A stretch of DNA of 33,090 nt from Planctomycetota bacterium. Lineage in GTDB: Bacteria; Planctomycetota; Phycisphaerae; WQYP01. How positions within the stretch are numbered: position 1 is the stretch's first letter; every line of letters begins with the position of its first letter. Positions 10,235 through 19,748 of the stretch are shown here, one piece after another. A program made the position numbers and the translations under genes. The notes under the pieces were generated by a model. The model saw only the letters and a list, made by a program, of their open reading frames with translations, was not told where the DNA came from and did not search any database. The stretch spans positions 773 through 33,862 of the forward strand of contig JAMDCX010000100.1 of NCBI GenBank assembly GCA_023489375.1. Direction: 5' to 3'.

Positions 10235-11293
10235 TTAAAAAGTCATACGAATAAATAAGCCCACGATGGTGGCATCGCTATGCGTGCCGGCGGGTTGCGC
10301 ATAGCGCGTGCCGGCGAAGATGCTGTTGATGACCGCACCGATTTCGTAGTGGCCGCGATTTTCCGGTATATGGCAGATTCCATTAAGCGGATAGGTAATG
10401 GTGGTGCCGACAAACGTGCCCAGATAGCCATCACGGTAACTGCGCCGGTTGACATCCAGCCGTTTTTCATCGTGAATGAAGGAAACGCTCAATGGCGAAT
10501 AAATCGTCAGGCCGCCGGTATGGGGCACCACAAAAATCGGATCCACACCAACTTCAAAGTATTGCCCGGCGCCGCTGGTGTAGTACGCACCGTTATAATC
10601 GAATCCAACCATAATAAACGGATGGAAGGCGAACTGGCCGAAATAGCGATCATCGTTGAGACTTAAGCGTATATAGGCCTCCTGGCTGTCTTCCTGCCCA
10701 TGACCTGTGACCGTATTGCCGATGGGGTTATTTGAAGGTACGAAATACCGGCTTACCGGAGTGATGTAATTGGTATAACCGGTATCAACTCTAAGCAGAT
10801 CCATAAGGTCATATTGATAGCCTATGGTGACATCCGCCTCCGTAAAATTGCTGGATGGAACAAACCCGATATTGCCCCCCGCGACGGGTGTTCCCGCGGT
10901 GCCCTGGGCCAGAGAGTTGATGTAGACATTACGGATGTCATAGGAATAGTCCGTGAAGGTGCGTAAATAAACGCTGCCTAATTTGTGCAGGCTGAAACTC
11001 AGACGCGTGATATTTTGCAGATTCAGGCGATTGGGGGCTACGTCATGATAACGGAACCAGTAATCATTAAAGTAGCCGAATTGCGTCATCAGGCGAATTT
11101 CTTCCGGATGGGTGTGATAAGCGGCCCATGAAGGCAACCCTCCGGAGTTTACAACACTGGCTGGATTATTGGGGGCAAAGGTTGGTGTCGGCAGCGGCAT
11201 AAGGCCATTATCCACACCGGCGGCGGCCGCCGGTCCGGCGATGGTCAGAGTCAGAAGACCACCGAAGGCAACTATGCTTAGTATTTTTATCAT
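10235..11293 (-). CDS. Putative outer-membrane beta-barrel protein of unknown function
   Basis: Signal peptide MIKILSIVAFGGLLTLTIAGPAAAAG. The sequence has alternating aromatic/Gly-rich beta-strand character and a C-terminal ...GLFIRMTF ending in Phe. It lies 25 nt downstream of the LptD-like gene on the same strand. Confidence 0.6.
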   Translation of the reverse strand: MIKILSIVAFGGLLTLTIAGPAAAAGVDNGLMPLPTPTFAPNNPASVVNSGGLPSWAAYHTHPEEIRLMTQFGYFNDYWFRYHDVAPNRLNLQNITRLSFSLHKLGSVYLRTFTDYSYDIRNVYINSLAQGTAGTPVAGGNIGFVPSSNFTEADVTIGYQYDLMDLLRVDTGYTNYITPVSRYFVPSNNPIGNTVTGHGQEDSQEAYIRLSLNDDRYFGQFAFHPFIMVGFDYNGAYYTSGAGQYFEVGVDPIFVVPHTGGLTIYSPLSVSFIHDEKRLDVNRRSYRDGYLGTFVGTTITYPLNGICHIPENRGHYEIGAVINSIFAGTRYAQPAGTHSDATIVGLFIRMTF

Positions 11294-11318
11294 CGATGCG
11301 CTCCATGGCTCAACGTCG

Positions 11319-14300
11319 TTAAGGTTCGACCGCCAGCAGCGCCTGTTGCTGCATAATGCCCACTTGCGGGAAGTTGGCGGGCCATATACTCACCATCGCC
11401 GCGCTGGAAGCAGTATCGGCATTGTACGCCAGAGTAATGCCGACAAAAAACCGTGGTATTTCACGCACAAGACTTACTTCGCTTAAAACATTCTGTCCCA
11501 GGGCAAAGTCATAACTTTCCGCCGCCGCTATCGAGTATTTACTCGTTAATTTGTATGAAATGGCGGCCGTCCATTGGTCTGAATCCACCGCCCGGATGTA
11601 CCGGTTACCAAGAAAATAACTCAAATTCGGAGTTTGATTTACTTCCACACCCGAATCCAGTTCCTCCAGCTGTTGCACATTTATATTCCAGCTTTCATCC
11701 GCCAAAAACTCCACGTTGGCCCCAAGGCGCCACTTAAAATTGGCATTGATGCTGTCGGCGATCTGGCTGAGTTCCGGGCGGCTCCAATCATAATATCCTA
11801 TGACCGGCGTGCCAAAATCACTGGTGGAAAACGGTGCCCCGGCGTACTGCGGATTATTAGGATCAAACGGCCCGGAGAGATGATTGTTCCAGAAAACATC
11901 CGCCGCCACATTGAAGGTGATCCAATTCACAATCTGCCGTTGGCCCGGGCGGCCGCGCTTGGTCTGCAACATCTGCCGTAACGCAAATTCCGCACCGCTG
12001 GCATCCGTAATGCCTTCCACATTACGGTCAAATGGCTGCAGATACCCCTGTTGAATATTGGCTCCGGTGACGAACATGCTGATCTGCGGCTCGATAATGT
12101 GCCGCAGCTGATCAATATCCAGCAAATCAGATTTTACATCCGGATAAAGTTTAGAAAAGGTGGTGGAACTGCGGAAGCCCACCGTCCCCCAGACACGTGT
12201 GGTACCACCGCCGATCTGATTATTAACCGCTGGGAAAGTGGTATCCCAGTAGGTCAAGCGTCCGCTGACAAACGGGTCAAACTGCACCGGACCTGCCGCC
12301 ATGGGAAAATCAATTTCCTGGCGGGAATCCACCCGGGCTACGGGCTGGTCCGTCCAGCCGTTACTGAGATAATATTGGGAAAAAGTTTCATTGGGATTCA
12401 AGCCGGGAAAGTTCAATTGCAGCGCCCGAATGCCGGAAGTAGTGTCGCTGAACTGGTCATTGATCATACCGCCGCTGGTATCGCTGTAATAGGTAAACAA
12501 GCCCAGTAGTTTATCGCCTTCGCGATAGTAATGCGCTTCCGGATAGCGCTGCACGGTGTATTCATTGTTTTCCAGATCAGCATTGGTGATAAAACCCGTG
12601 AGATTCCATTTGCCCAGTACGGTGAATGCCTCGGTATGGTGCTGTTGTTCAACATAAACGGAAGTTTGTTGCTCCGGCGCGGTTGCATATACGTAAGGAA
12701 AGTATTGTTCCAGATAATTTGGATCGGAAACGTAACTTCCCTCCACCGCCACACTCCACTGCCTGGATAATTGCTGTAAATACCGCGCAAATATATAGCC
12801 GCGCGTGTGCTGCGGCACCGGCAGATTATCGCGGTTGGCGCCAAGTTGATCGGTCCCGGTGTCATACATCAGTGAACTGTTGACCACGCCGCGCATGGAG
12901 CCGACATCATATCTCGAATTCAGCCCCACCGCCGGGCCGCGTTTGGAGTATTCGTTAACGCTCACGTCCGCTTCCACGCCTCCAGGCGGTGTGATACCCA
13001 TGAGTTCCAGCAAATTCCAGTCGGTAGTGGCGGTAACCCCGAAGATATTGGAATCGCCGATGCTGGCCGCCTTCAATGGTGATGGGCTTTGTTGCGTCGT
13101 GCCGGAAACATAGGGCCAATAGAAAAAAGGAACCCCGAAAAAGTTGGCGGTGGTTTTCGTTGCTGTAAAGGCATAATAGGCAGTCTTGGGTTTCCCACCC
13201 GGTGGTGTCGGTGCCGCAATACTCCGTACCGTCATGGCACTGGCGCCGATATAATAGTGGGGTTGATAAAATTCATCGGTGGATAATTTCACCGATTTCG
13301 CCTCAAACTGTCCCTGTGCTTCCTGGATAATTTCTCCCGCCCGCATATACAAGGGCGACTTCGCCTGCACAATTTCCGAGCTTAACACCGCATGCAGCAG
13401 TATGGCCCGGTTGGTGGTGAAATCATAATAAACCTGATTCGCATGGAGTGTCTGATGGCCATAGGTGATCGTTACATCGCCGTCCAGATACACTCCCAGA
13501 ACCTTTTGGGTAATGGAATGGTTGGTAATTTTTGTCGGCACCGGCGCGCCGGCCGCGCCGCGCGTACGGATCGGACTGAACATCACCGCATTGTTGGCGC
13601 GCAACTCCAGGGCATTATGCCCTGGCAATTTCCGAAAGAGGAAAAATTCTCCTTTGGCCACCGTTACCCGCTGCCGCCCAATGACCTCTTCGGTAATGAT
13701 GTTGCCCGTGGCCATGACGATGGGCGTTGGAGGTGCCCGGTGGGGAGGCTGTCCCGGCTTGAGGTGCAGCGCCACTGGTGGGCCGGGCTGGCGCGGCGCC
13801 GGGGGCGCCGGCAAACGTGATCCCCTGGCAAACCAGCCATTGCTTAAGGCCAATTCGGTCGGTGATATCTCAATGGTGGGGATGGCTTCTGGAGCCTGCG
13901 GTGCCGTCGCGATTTCTTCGATCAGTTTTTTTCCCCGCAACACGATGGGATTATGAGCTTCATTTTTCGCCAGCGGCGGTGGGCCGGAAAGACGTACCCG
14001 TGCCGTGATGCGCGTTGTTACCAGCATTTCTTCAGCGGTGCTTACCGCCGCATTCCCGGCGCCTTCCCGGATCACGACCTGACCGGCAAGATAAATCTGC
14101 ACTTTATAAAATCCGGATTGCCCCTGTCCCTGTGGATGCAGCCAGATCACCGCATGATCCGCCGCAATCCGGCGATAGCCGACCTCAATGCGCACCTGAC
14201 CCTCGGCTAAAATATGGATGGTTCCATCATTATTCTCCCAGGTTGTCGTGTGGTCCGCCGCCACCTGCAGCGGCACACTGATAGACCCGGTGGGTTTGAG

Positions 14301-14513
14301 GATTGGATAAATGGTCGGCGTAATGGGTTGTTCCAGTATCTGGCTCCGGACCATACATGGGCCGAGAACGATGGTGGCCAGAATGGCGGCCATGGCGGCG
14401 CGGCGAAATATGCAGATGAAAGCGGGATTCGCCTGATACGTCGATTGTTTGTTTCTTCGTGTTGCTGTCACAATCCCGCTCAAGTACATTCCACCACGGA
14501 TACCAGACGACAC
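11319..14513 (-). CDS. LptD/OstA-like LPS-assembly outer-membrane protein
   Basis: OstA-like N-terminal repeats include ILAEGQVRIEVGYRRIAADHAVIWL and VTITYGHQTLHANQVYYDFTTNRAILL. These are followed by a junction resembling the LptD barrel start (KLSTDEFYQPHYYIGASAMTV) and a ~600-aa aromatic-rich barrel. The likely true start is the ATG at 14393 (MAAILATIVLGPCMVRSQ, signal-like). Confidence 0.6.
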   Translation of the reverse strand: MSSGIRGGMYLSGIVTATRRNKQSTYQANPAFICIFRRAAMAAILATIVLGPCMVRSQILEQPITPTIYPILKPTGSISVPLQVAADHTTTWENNDGTIHILAEGQVRIEVGYRRIAADHAVIWLHPQGQGQSGFYKVQIYLAGQVVIREGAGNAAVSTAEEMLVTTRITARVRLSGPPPLAKNEAHNPIVLRGKKLIEEIATAPQAPEAIPTIEISPTELALSNGWFARGSRLPAPPAPRQPGPPVALHLKPGQPPHRAPPTPIVMATGNIITEEVIGRQRVTVAKGEFFLFRKLPGHNALELRANNAVMFSPIRTRGAAGAPVPTKITNHSITQKVLGVYLDGDVTITYGHQTLHANQVYYDFTTNRAILLHAVLSSEIVQAKSPLYMRAGEIIQEAQGQFEAKSVKLSTDEFYQPHYYIGASAMTVRSIAAPTPPGGKPKTAYYAFTATKTTANFFGVPFFYWPYVSGTTQQSPSPLKAASIGDSNIFGVTATTDWNLLELMGITPPGGVEADVSVNEYSKRGPAVGLNSRYDVGSMRGVVNSSLMYDTGTDQLGANRDNLPVPQHTRGYIFARYLQQLSRQWSVAVEGSYVSDPNYLEQYFPYVYATAPEQQTSVYVEQQHHTEAFTVLGKWNLTGFITNADLENNEYTVQRYPEAHYYREGDKLLGLFTYYSDTSGGMINDQFSDTTSGIRALQLNFPGLNPNETFSQYYLSNGWTDQPVARVDSRQEIDFPMAAGPVQFDPFVSGRLTYWDTTFPAVNNQIGGGTTRVWGTVGFRSSTTFSKLYPDVKSDLLDIDQLRHIIEPQISMFVTGANIQQGYLQPFDRNVEGITDASGAEFALRQMLQTKRGRPGQRQIVNWITFNVAADVFWNNHLSGPFDPNNPQYAGAPFSTSDFGTPVIGYYDWSRPELSQIADSINANFKWRLGANVEFLADESWNINVQQLEELDSGVEVNQTPNLSYFLGNRYIRAVDSDQWTAAISYKLTSKYSIAAAESYDFALGQNVLSEVSLVREIPRFFVGITLAYNADTASSAAMVSIWPANFPQVGIMQQQALLAVEP

Positions 14514-14603
14514 TTGTCGACATTTTTACGCCGGCACATCAACGCCACGTGCAGAGATCATAGAGCGCCTGAGGAATACTGAAAAGTCCCACTCCGTTAA
14601 TAG

Positions 14604-14617
14604 ATAACCGTTCACGG
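14604..14617 (+). repeat. Intergenic motif copy (ATAACCGTTCACGG)
   Basis: 13/14 match to consensus. It lies 91 nt from the annotated start of the LptD-like gene. Confidence 0.8.
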
Positions 14618-14833
14618 TATGATCACCAGCATCGCCCGATATTATACTGTATACGTCTATTAATGATACATCTGATACACATTATTGCTCTAAAATCAGT
14701 ACTTTTTCGCATTATTCACTTCTCCCCATGTATCATTAGAAGCCGCGTTGAGTATAGCCACCTGATGAAACGCTTTTGAAACGCAAGACGTGAAAAACCC
14801 GGAATAATATATTCATGGATCGTTAGATATTGT

Positions 14834-14845
14834 GTAATCGTTCAC
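14834..14845 (+). repeat. Intergenic motif copy (GTAATCGTTCACaa)
   Basis: 11/14 match to consensus, inside the AT-rich spacer. Confidence 0.6.
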
Positions 14846-15011
14846 AAATAAGATAACAACCGTCATACGCATTGCTGCTTTGGGTAATCTATTATGAAAA
14901 GTAAATGATGCGGGACAGTGCCAAGTTGGGGCCATCATGTGGATCAGATGTCTCCTTGATAGCCGCATATAGTATATAACCGCATGCAATGGTGGTGCCG
15001 GGTAGCCGTTG

Positions 15012-15025
15012 TATCCAATTGGATA
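15012..15025. promoter_or_regulatory. Perfect 14-bp palindrome TATCCAATTGGATA (candidate protein-binding site)
   Basis: Exact dyad read from the sequence. It lies in the 565-bp spacer about 55 nt beyond the stop of the 1128-aa gene. Function unknown. Confidence 0.3.
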
Positions 15026-15078
15026 AAAGTTATGCTGTCAAGATACTTTATCCATAGTAGCTCAACGTCATACCCCTG

Positions 15079-18000
15079 TCACCGTCCGGAAGCCTGGGAG
15101 AGTTTTTCAAAATACGCTTTTACCGGATTGGCGTATCCTCTGGGCATGCTGCCGAGCATGGTATCCGAAACTTTGCGCAGAGTTTTGCGGCCCCCGGTGG
15201 TGTTGTCCATGGTTAACCGCGCTTCGGCCTGGTTAATAACCCTGGCCGTATTCAGACTCTGATTCGCCAGTTTCTGGTATAACAGTGCGGTATGATACTG
15301 ATAGGCATTTAAGGCCTTTTGTGCATCCTGCATTAACACCGCGGATTCAATAAGTTTGAAGTTGTTAAAGCCGGCCGCGCGTAACTGGATACGCAGCCGA
15401 TCCGCCTGATTCAATAACTGGGCCTGAATACCGGCCATGCGCTTTATATCTTTCTGCATTCCCTGTGGAGCCGGACCTTCCAGGCCTTCACCTCCGTAGC
15501 CGGAGATTTTGCCGCCACCGGTGGCGCCGCCAGGCGGCTGTTTGGAGGAATCCTTCACCTGCCCGGAACTGAACTGGTCGCCGGTAAGGCGGGTGGGCGT
15601 GCGGCGACCACCTTTATCACTGGCGGTGGCGCCGACCATTTCACCGCTGGCCCGGCCTTCGCGACCGGAACCGCTGCGGCCCTGAATTTCATCATTCTTG
15701 GGCATGGTATTGCCGGTAATACCTTGCGCGCTCATATCGCTGATGGGTCCATCTATGGCGCCCCATCCATTACCTTTGTTGATGGAATCGTTCCATTTGC
15801 TGCCGAGACTTTCCATATCACTGGTGAGGTCTTCCTCATGCTGGAGCAGTTTTCCGATCATATCGGAAAGCTGGGAAGGCAGTGGTGGCGCGGGAACATC
15901 ATTTTGAGTCACCGGCTCTTCCATTTCCCATTTGTAGGTATCAGGCTGTTGAGCCAGCCATTTTTCGATATTGGAGGTTATTTTTTTCGCATCTTCCAGC
16001 CCTTCCTGTTCCAGCGGCACCACGATTTTCATCGCTTTGGCGGCCAAGGCTCCTTTGGACAGGGCCAAAGCCACATTCATCTGCGCTAAATCATCTTTCA
16101 AGGATGCGTCAGCCTGGTCCTGTTCGGTCAGGTTGCTGAGGTTCACAAGTTTCTGGCTGAGAAATTTCGACCATTTATCTTCAATGGCCTGGGCTTTGAG
16201 TAATTCATTTTTATCTTTGGCATCAAACTGATTGATGGGTTTTTGCGCCAGCTTCATCGATGTATTCATCACGCCCATTTGTTGCTTTTCCATTTTCTTC
16301 AGGGCCAGCGCCAGTTGCCGCCATTGTTCTCTTCCCTGATCCGGAAAGTTCGTACCCTGATGGGAGACCACGGAATTTACGCTCTCTGCCTTCGCTCCCG
16401 CCATGGCCAATAAAGCCTTAAGCGCATTAAGCACATTGAGTTGATGCGTGTGCAGTTTTATAAATTCCAGTTTCACTGCCCCCATATCAGAAACCAGTCC
16501 CAGATCATCCGCTCGCGCTACCGCCGCCGTCGCATCACCATGGACCATCACGTCCAGTGCCTGTTGCACGGTGGCCATGGAATGAATGAATGGGAAATGT
16601 TTATAAGTACCGTTCATAAACTGCCGCAAATGACGCTGCCCTTCCGCCACTTTGGCCGCCGTTTGATGAACGATGGCCAGCGGTGGTAAAAGATGTATGC
16701 CGTTACCCAGCACAATAAGACCCTGCTGTTGCGCCAGCATTTTTTCCAGCCGCTGTTCCAGAGCGGCCCAGCGACTGTGGCCCATGGCACTGGCTGCGGT
16801 AGATTGTAATTTGACGGTATACACCCGCCCCAACGCGGTCTGCGGGCCATACTGATTCACCCCGATATTAAGCTGCCGATTGTCGGTGGCGGTAAAACGG
16901 TAATGGATGTTCTGGCCCAATCGATATTTCCGCGCCGGTAGTGCTAACAGGGCGCGCACCGTGGAAACCGTTGCCGGTTTGCCATTTTCGGCCATCGGAA
17001 TCTGCCATTGACGCAGGGTGGTAAAACTTCCGTTGTTGACGGCAATCTGCAGGGCCATCGCGGTCAGGCCGTAGTCCGCAGTGGCTTTGGCTTCCAAAGG
17101 GATATTGGCTCCGGGAAGAGCTGATAAATCTTTATGGGGAATCAGCACATGAACCATGGGCGGCGTGTCCGCGGCCACCCGCACCAGCAGCTGGTCCGGC
17201 GCGGAGGCGGAAGAAGCCGGAAAACGTTGCAGGGCATTGCCGCGCGCATCATTGAGCAACCAGTGATAACGGACGGTTTGTTCCGCAATCCAGGAAACAG
17301 TAAATGTTTTCTGATTGCTGGAGCTGGCCGGGATGGTTTTTCCACCGGTTTGTTCTACCAATGCCGACGCCCCGATAATCGTGTGATCCAGTGTGGCGGA
17401 CAGATTGATTTTGCTGCCGAAAGGAACCGTAACCGACGCGGCGGCGGGATCGAATGTTTTTCCTGTCAATATGATATGGCGGGCCGGCAATTGCGTGTAG
17501 GCGGGGGGGGTTATATTGATCTGATATTGCCGCAAGGCAATTTTGGGCAGCACGGTCAGATGGTATTTCCGGCTTTGCGTTCCTCCGGCCGCCACAAGGT
17601 AAGTAACATTTTCCGCCACACTGGCCAGGTGAAACCGAAAAGAATGAAAATGTCGTCCAAATGGTATCATCGCTACTTTCTGGCGCGCACCGCTTTGGAA
17701 ATGCAGATACAGATTCGTGGCCACCAGTTGATGACCGGGCGTATTGATGCGGACCATAAAATCCACCGGTTCCCCGGCCAGAATTGTTTCATTACCGGGC
17801 TGAACCGACAGTATCTGGGCGATTCCCTGCGTTGGAATAAACCGCCCCGGTGCGGATAATACCTCCAGGCCATACCCCATCTGGTGGTGAAAAAATAATC
17901 CTGCCAGTACACAAGCCAATACAATAACCCCGGCGCGCACAGTAGCCTTACGCTGCTGCGGCCAGGGGGCGACTGCGGAAAGATTGTCCGTTTCCACGGA

Positions 18001-18465
18001 AGAGCTGATTTCCTTGAGCACCTGCGGAATCAGCACCCGGCGCATATCGGCAGCACCGGAGGAGGCTGGAGACAGTTTTTCCAATTCGTCGGCCAGAAGA
18101 ACGGCATTGATGAAATGATTATTCAACGGCAATTGCTGCGCGGCGGCTTGTTCTTCCACCCAGCGTGCCATTTGACCATAAGCGGGGCGTTTCCAGATTA
18201 TATCATGAAGAAACCACCAGTAGCCGATGGCCATGGAAGCCGGAATGGCGGCCAGCAGCAGCCAAATCAGCCAGTCCCCGGCGTACGACCCAAGCAATCC
18301 CGCTGTAAGCAACGCTATTGTGCTTACTGGAAAAACCAGCGCCGCGAACCGCGCCATGGCGCCGATGAACATCGCCAGACGAAAACGATTTCCAGCTTCC
18401 TCCAGTTTCTGCAAAATCGCCTGAAATTCTTCCGGCAACGGACTGGAAGCATGGATGGCCGTCAT
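15079..18465 (-). CDS. Large membrane-anchored protein, DUF4175-like (N-terminal TM bundle, long extracytoplasmic region, Gly/Ser-rich low-complexity segment)
   Basis: 1128 aa. N-terminal TM helices are FRLAMFIGAMARFAALVFPVSTIALL and WLIWLLLAAIPASMAIGYWWFL. A low-complexity stretch reads GRSGSGREGRASGE...GGATGGGKISGYGGEG. The C-terminal helical tail ends in PVKAYFEKLSQ. The family call is from memory and the coding status is clear. Confidence 0.55.
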   Translation of the reverse strand: MTAIHASSPLPEEFQAILQKLEEAGNRFRLAMFIGAMARFAALVFPVSTIALLTAGLLGSYAGDWLIWLLLAAIPASMAIGYWWFLHDIIWKRPAYGQMARWVEEQAAAQQLPLNNHFINAVLLADELEKLSPASSGAADMRRVLIPQVLKEISSSVETDNLSAVAPWPQQRKATVRAGVIVLACVLAGLFFHHQMGYGLEVLSAPGRFIPTQGIAQILSVQPGNETILAGEPVDFMVRINTPGHQLVATNLYLHFQSGARQKVAMIPFGRHFHSFRFHLASVAENVTYLVAAGGTQSRKYHLTVLPKIALRQYQINITPPAYTQLPARHIILTGKTFDPAAASVTVPFGSKINLSATLDHTIIGASALVEQTGGKTIPASSSNQKTFTVSWIAEQTVRYHWLLNDARGNALQRFPASSASAPDQLLVRVAADTPPMVHVLIPHKDLSALPGANIPLEAKATADYGLTAMALQIAVNNGSFTTLRQWQIPMAENGKPATVSTVRALLALPARKYRLGQNIHYRFTATDNRQLNIGVNQYGPQTALGRVYTVKLQSTAASAMGHSRWAALEQRLEKMLAQQQGLIVLGNGIHLLPPLAIVHQTAAKVAEGQRHLRQFMNGTYKHFPFIHSMATVQQALDVMVHGDATAAVARADDLGLVSDMGAVKLEFIKLHTHQLNVLNALKALLAMAGAKAESVNSVVSHQGTNFPDQGREQWRQLALALKKMEKQQMGVMNTSMKLAQKPINQFDAKDKNELLKAQAIEDKWSKFLSQKLVNLSNLTEQDQADASLKDDLAQMNVALALSKGALAAKAMKIVVPLEQEGLEDAKKITSNIEKWLAQQPDTYKWEMEEPVTQNDVPAPPLPSQLSDMIGKLLQHEEDLTSDMESLGSKWNDSINKGNGWGAIDGPISDMSAQGITGNTMPKNDEIQGRSGSGREGRASGEMVGATASDKGGRRTPTRLTGDQFSSGQVKDSSKQPPGGATGGGKISGYGGEGLEGPAPQGMQKDIKRMAGIQAQLLNQADRLRIQLRAAGFNNFKLIESAVLMQDAQKALNAYQYHTALLYQKLANQSLNTARVINQAEARLTMDNTTGGRKTLRKVSDTMLGSMPRGYANPVKAYFEKLSQASGR

Positions 18466-18541
18466 ATCCGATCCCCTAAACGCTCAAGTAAAGGAATGGC
18501 AAAAGTTTCCCTTTCCATTACCCGACTTATTAGTGCTTTTT

Positions 18542-18550
18542 ATTATACCA
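18542..18550 (-). promoter_or_regulatory. Candidate extended -10 promoter element (TGGTATAAT) for the 1128-aa gene
   Basis: The minus strand reads ...gttctgtcggtggccaaacaTGgTATAAT... about 77 nt upstream of the ATG at 18465. The -35 is weak. This is a prediction by eye using the E. coli-type consensus. Confidence 0.3.
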
Positions 18551-18575
18551 TGTTTGGCCACCGACAGAACATCCG

Positions 18576-18590
18576 GTTAACCGTTCACGG
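18576..18590 (+). repeat. Intergenic motif copy (GTTAACCGTTCACGG)
   Basis: 13/14 match to consensus. It lies 111 nt from the start codon of the 1128-aa gene and faces the copy at 18983-18993. Confidence 0.8.
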
Positions 18591-18655
18591 CGTGATAAAT
18601 TACGAAATATAGAAATATAAAAGACATAATATGGATACATTTTCTATACATAAAG

Positions 18656-18800
18656 GAACGAGATCGCAATAACTTCCACCAAGTGGCTGTACCGGTTGGT
18701 GCGTGGATTCCGGAGCACTGTCCGTCAAAATAGCCACCGGCTTGGCCGGTGGTGGAGTATTCAATGCTCATACCAATCGGGAAATTATTACGGTCCCATT
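18656..18800 (+). repeat. Repeat module Y, copy B (~145 bp)
   Basis: Same orientation as copy A. The internal hairpin is perfect here: CCACCGGC-TTG-GCCGGTGG (18734-18752). Confidence 0.85.
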
Positions 18801-18830
18801 CCAAACCTGTTATTGGTGGGCGTACTACGA

Positions 18831-18960
18831 ACCACCGCAAGGCGTTGCGGGGCTGCATGGGCGTTAATCTTCCAATGCGGACGCAAAAGTTGTAATAGAG
18901 CACCGGCATGGCATTGTGGCAGGCGAGCACCAGCATCGCCATGCGGTGGTCGACACCCGC
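18831..18960 (+). repeat. Repeat module X, copy B (with an internal ~20-nt duplication)
   Basis: See copy A. Here X follows Y, whereas in the 6695-7266 spacer X precedes Y. Confidence 0.6.
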
Positions 18961-18982
18961 TCATGTATAATTCTCAGCTATA

Positions 18983-18993
18983 TGAACGGTTAC
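18983..18993 (-). repeat. Intergenic motif copy, reverse orientation (aTGAACGGTTACttttt)
   Basis: Its reverse complement is aaaaaGTAACCGTTCAt. It lies about 40 nt beyond the HAD gene stop. Confidence 0.6.
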
Positions 18994-19034
18994 TTTTTCC
19001 CACTTTTGTCCTGTTGTGGGCGGTGGAAATTCTC

Positions 19035-19679
19035 TTACCGCGACTTGGTTTTCGTCAGTCGATGCCAGGGGCGAACGTCGATGCCGACCATGCCCGCGGC
19101 GGCGGCAGCCTGGAATCCAAGTTCACCATCTTCATACACCACACATTGATCCGGCTTTACCCCCATGCGCCGGGCCGCCAGCAGAAACGAATCCGGGGAT
19201 GGTTTGCCATGTTCAACATCATCAACACAGATCACGACAGGAAATAATTCCGCCAGCCCCGCGACCTGCAGTTGCCGGTCCACAATACGGTGGATGCCGC
19301 CGCTGGCCACAGCTAAACCGCGCCGGCCACGTTCACGACGTGCAATGTCCACCACCGGTTCAATGCGTTGAATTTCCGGTATTCTATGGATATAGGCTTC
19401 TTCCTTGCGGTGCGCTATTTCTTCGCCGGTCATCGCGGATTTATGGTTCCGGGCCAATGCCTGAGCAATTTTCAGCGTAGGCATGCCGGCAAGGCGATAA
19501 AACTCCTCTTCCGCCAGCGGGATACCGGCCTGACTCAGGGCCATCTGCCAGGCGTGATAATGAACGGGCATCGTATCTACAAGTGTGCCATCACAATCAA
19601 AAATCAGCCCGCGGATATGGTCGGGAAGAGGGGCCAGAGGATTGGTTTGCCATTCCGATTTAATTTGAGATGTCAACAT
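19035..19679 (-). CDS. HAD-superfamily hydrolase (subfamily IA, phosphatase / beta-phosphoglucomutase-like)
   Basis: Motif I is LIFDCDGTLVDT. The cap region reads HYHAWQMAL and the C-terminal acidic motif reads VVYEDGELG. Confidence 0.85.
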   Translation of the reverse strand: MLTSQIKSEWQTNPLAPLPDHIRGLIFDCDGTLVDTMPVHYHAWQMALSQAGIPLAEEEFYRLAGMPTLKIAQALARNHKSAMTGEEIAHRKEEAYIHRIPEIQRIEPVVDIARRERGRRGLAVASGGIHRIVDRQLQVAGLAELFPVVICVDDVEHGKPSPDSFLLAARRMGVKPDQCVVYEDGELGFQAAAAAGMVGIDVRPWHRLTKTKSR

Positions 19680-19748
19680 TCATTACCTTTCCATACTATC
19701 GCCATTCTCCGGTTGCCTGCTTCTCTGCCGCCACACCAGCATGAGGTG

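Noticed and set aside
7084-18800. Template/variable-repeat pair of a diversity-generating retroelement (module Y copies A and B)
   Set aside because: The differences are not adenine-specific, neither copy lies inside a CDS, and no reverse transcriptase gene is in the window.
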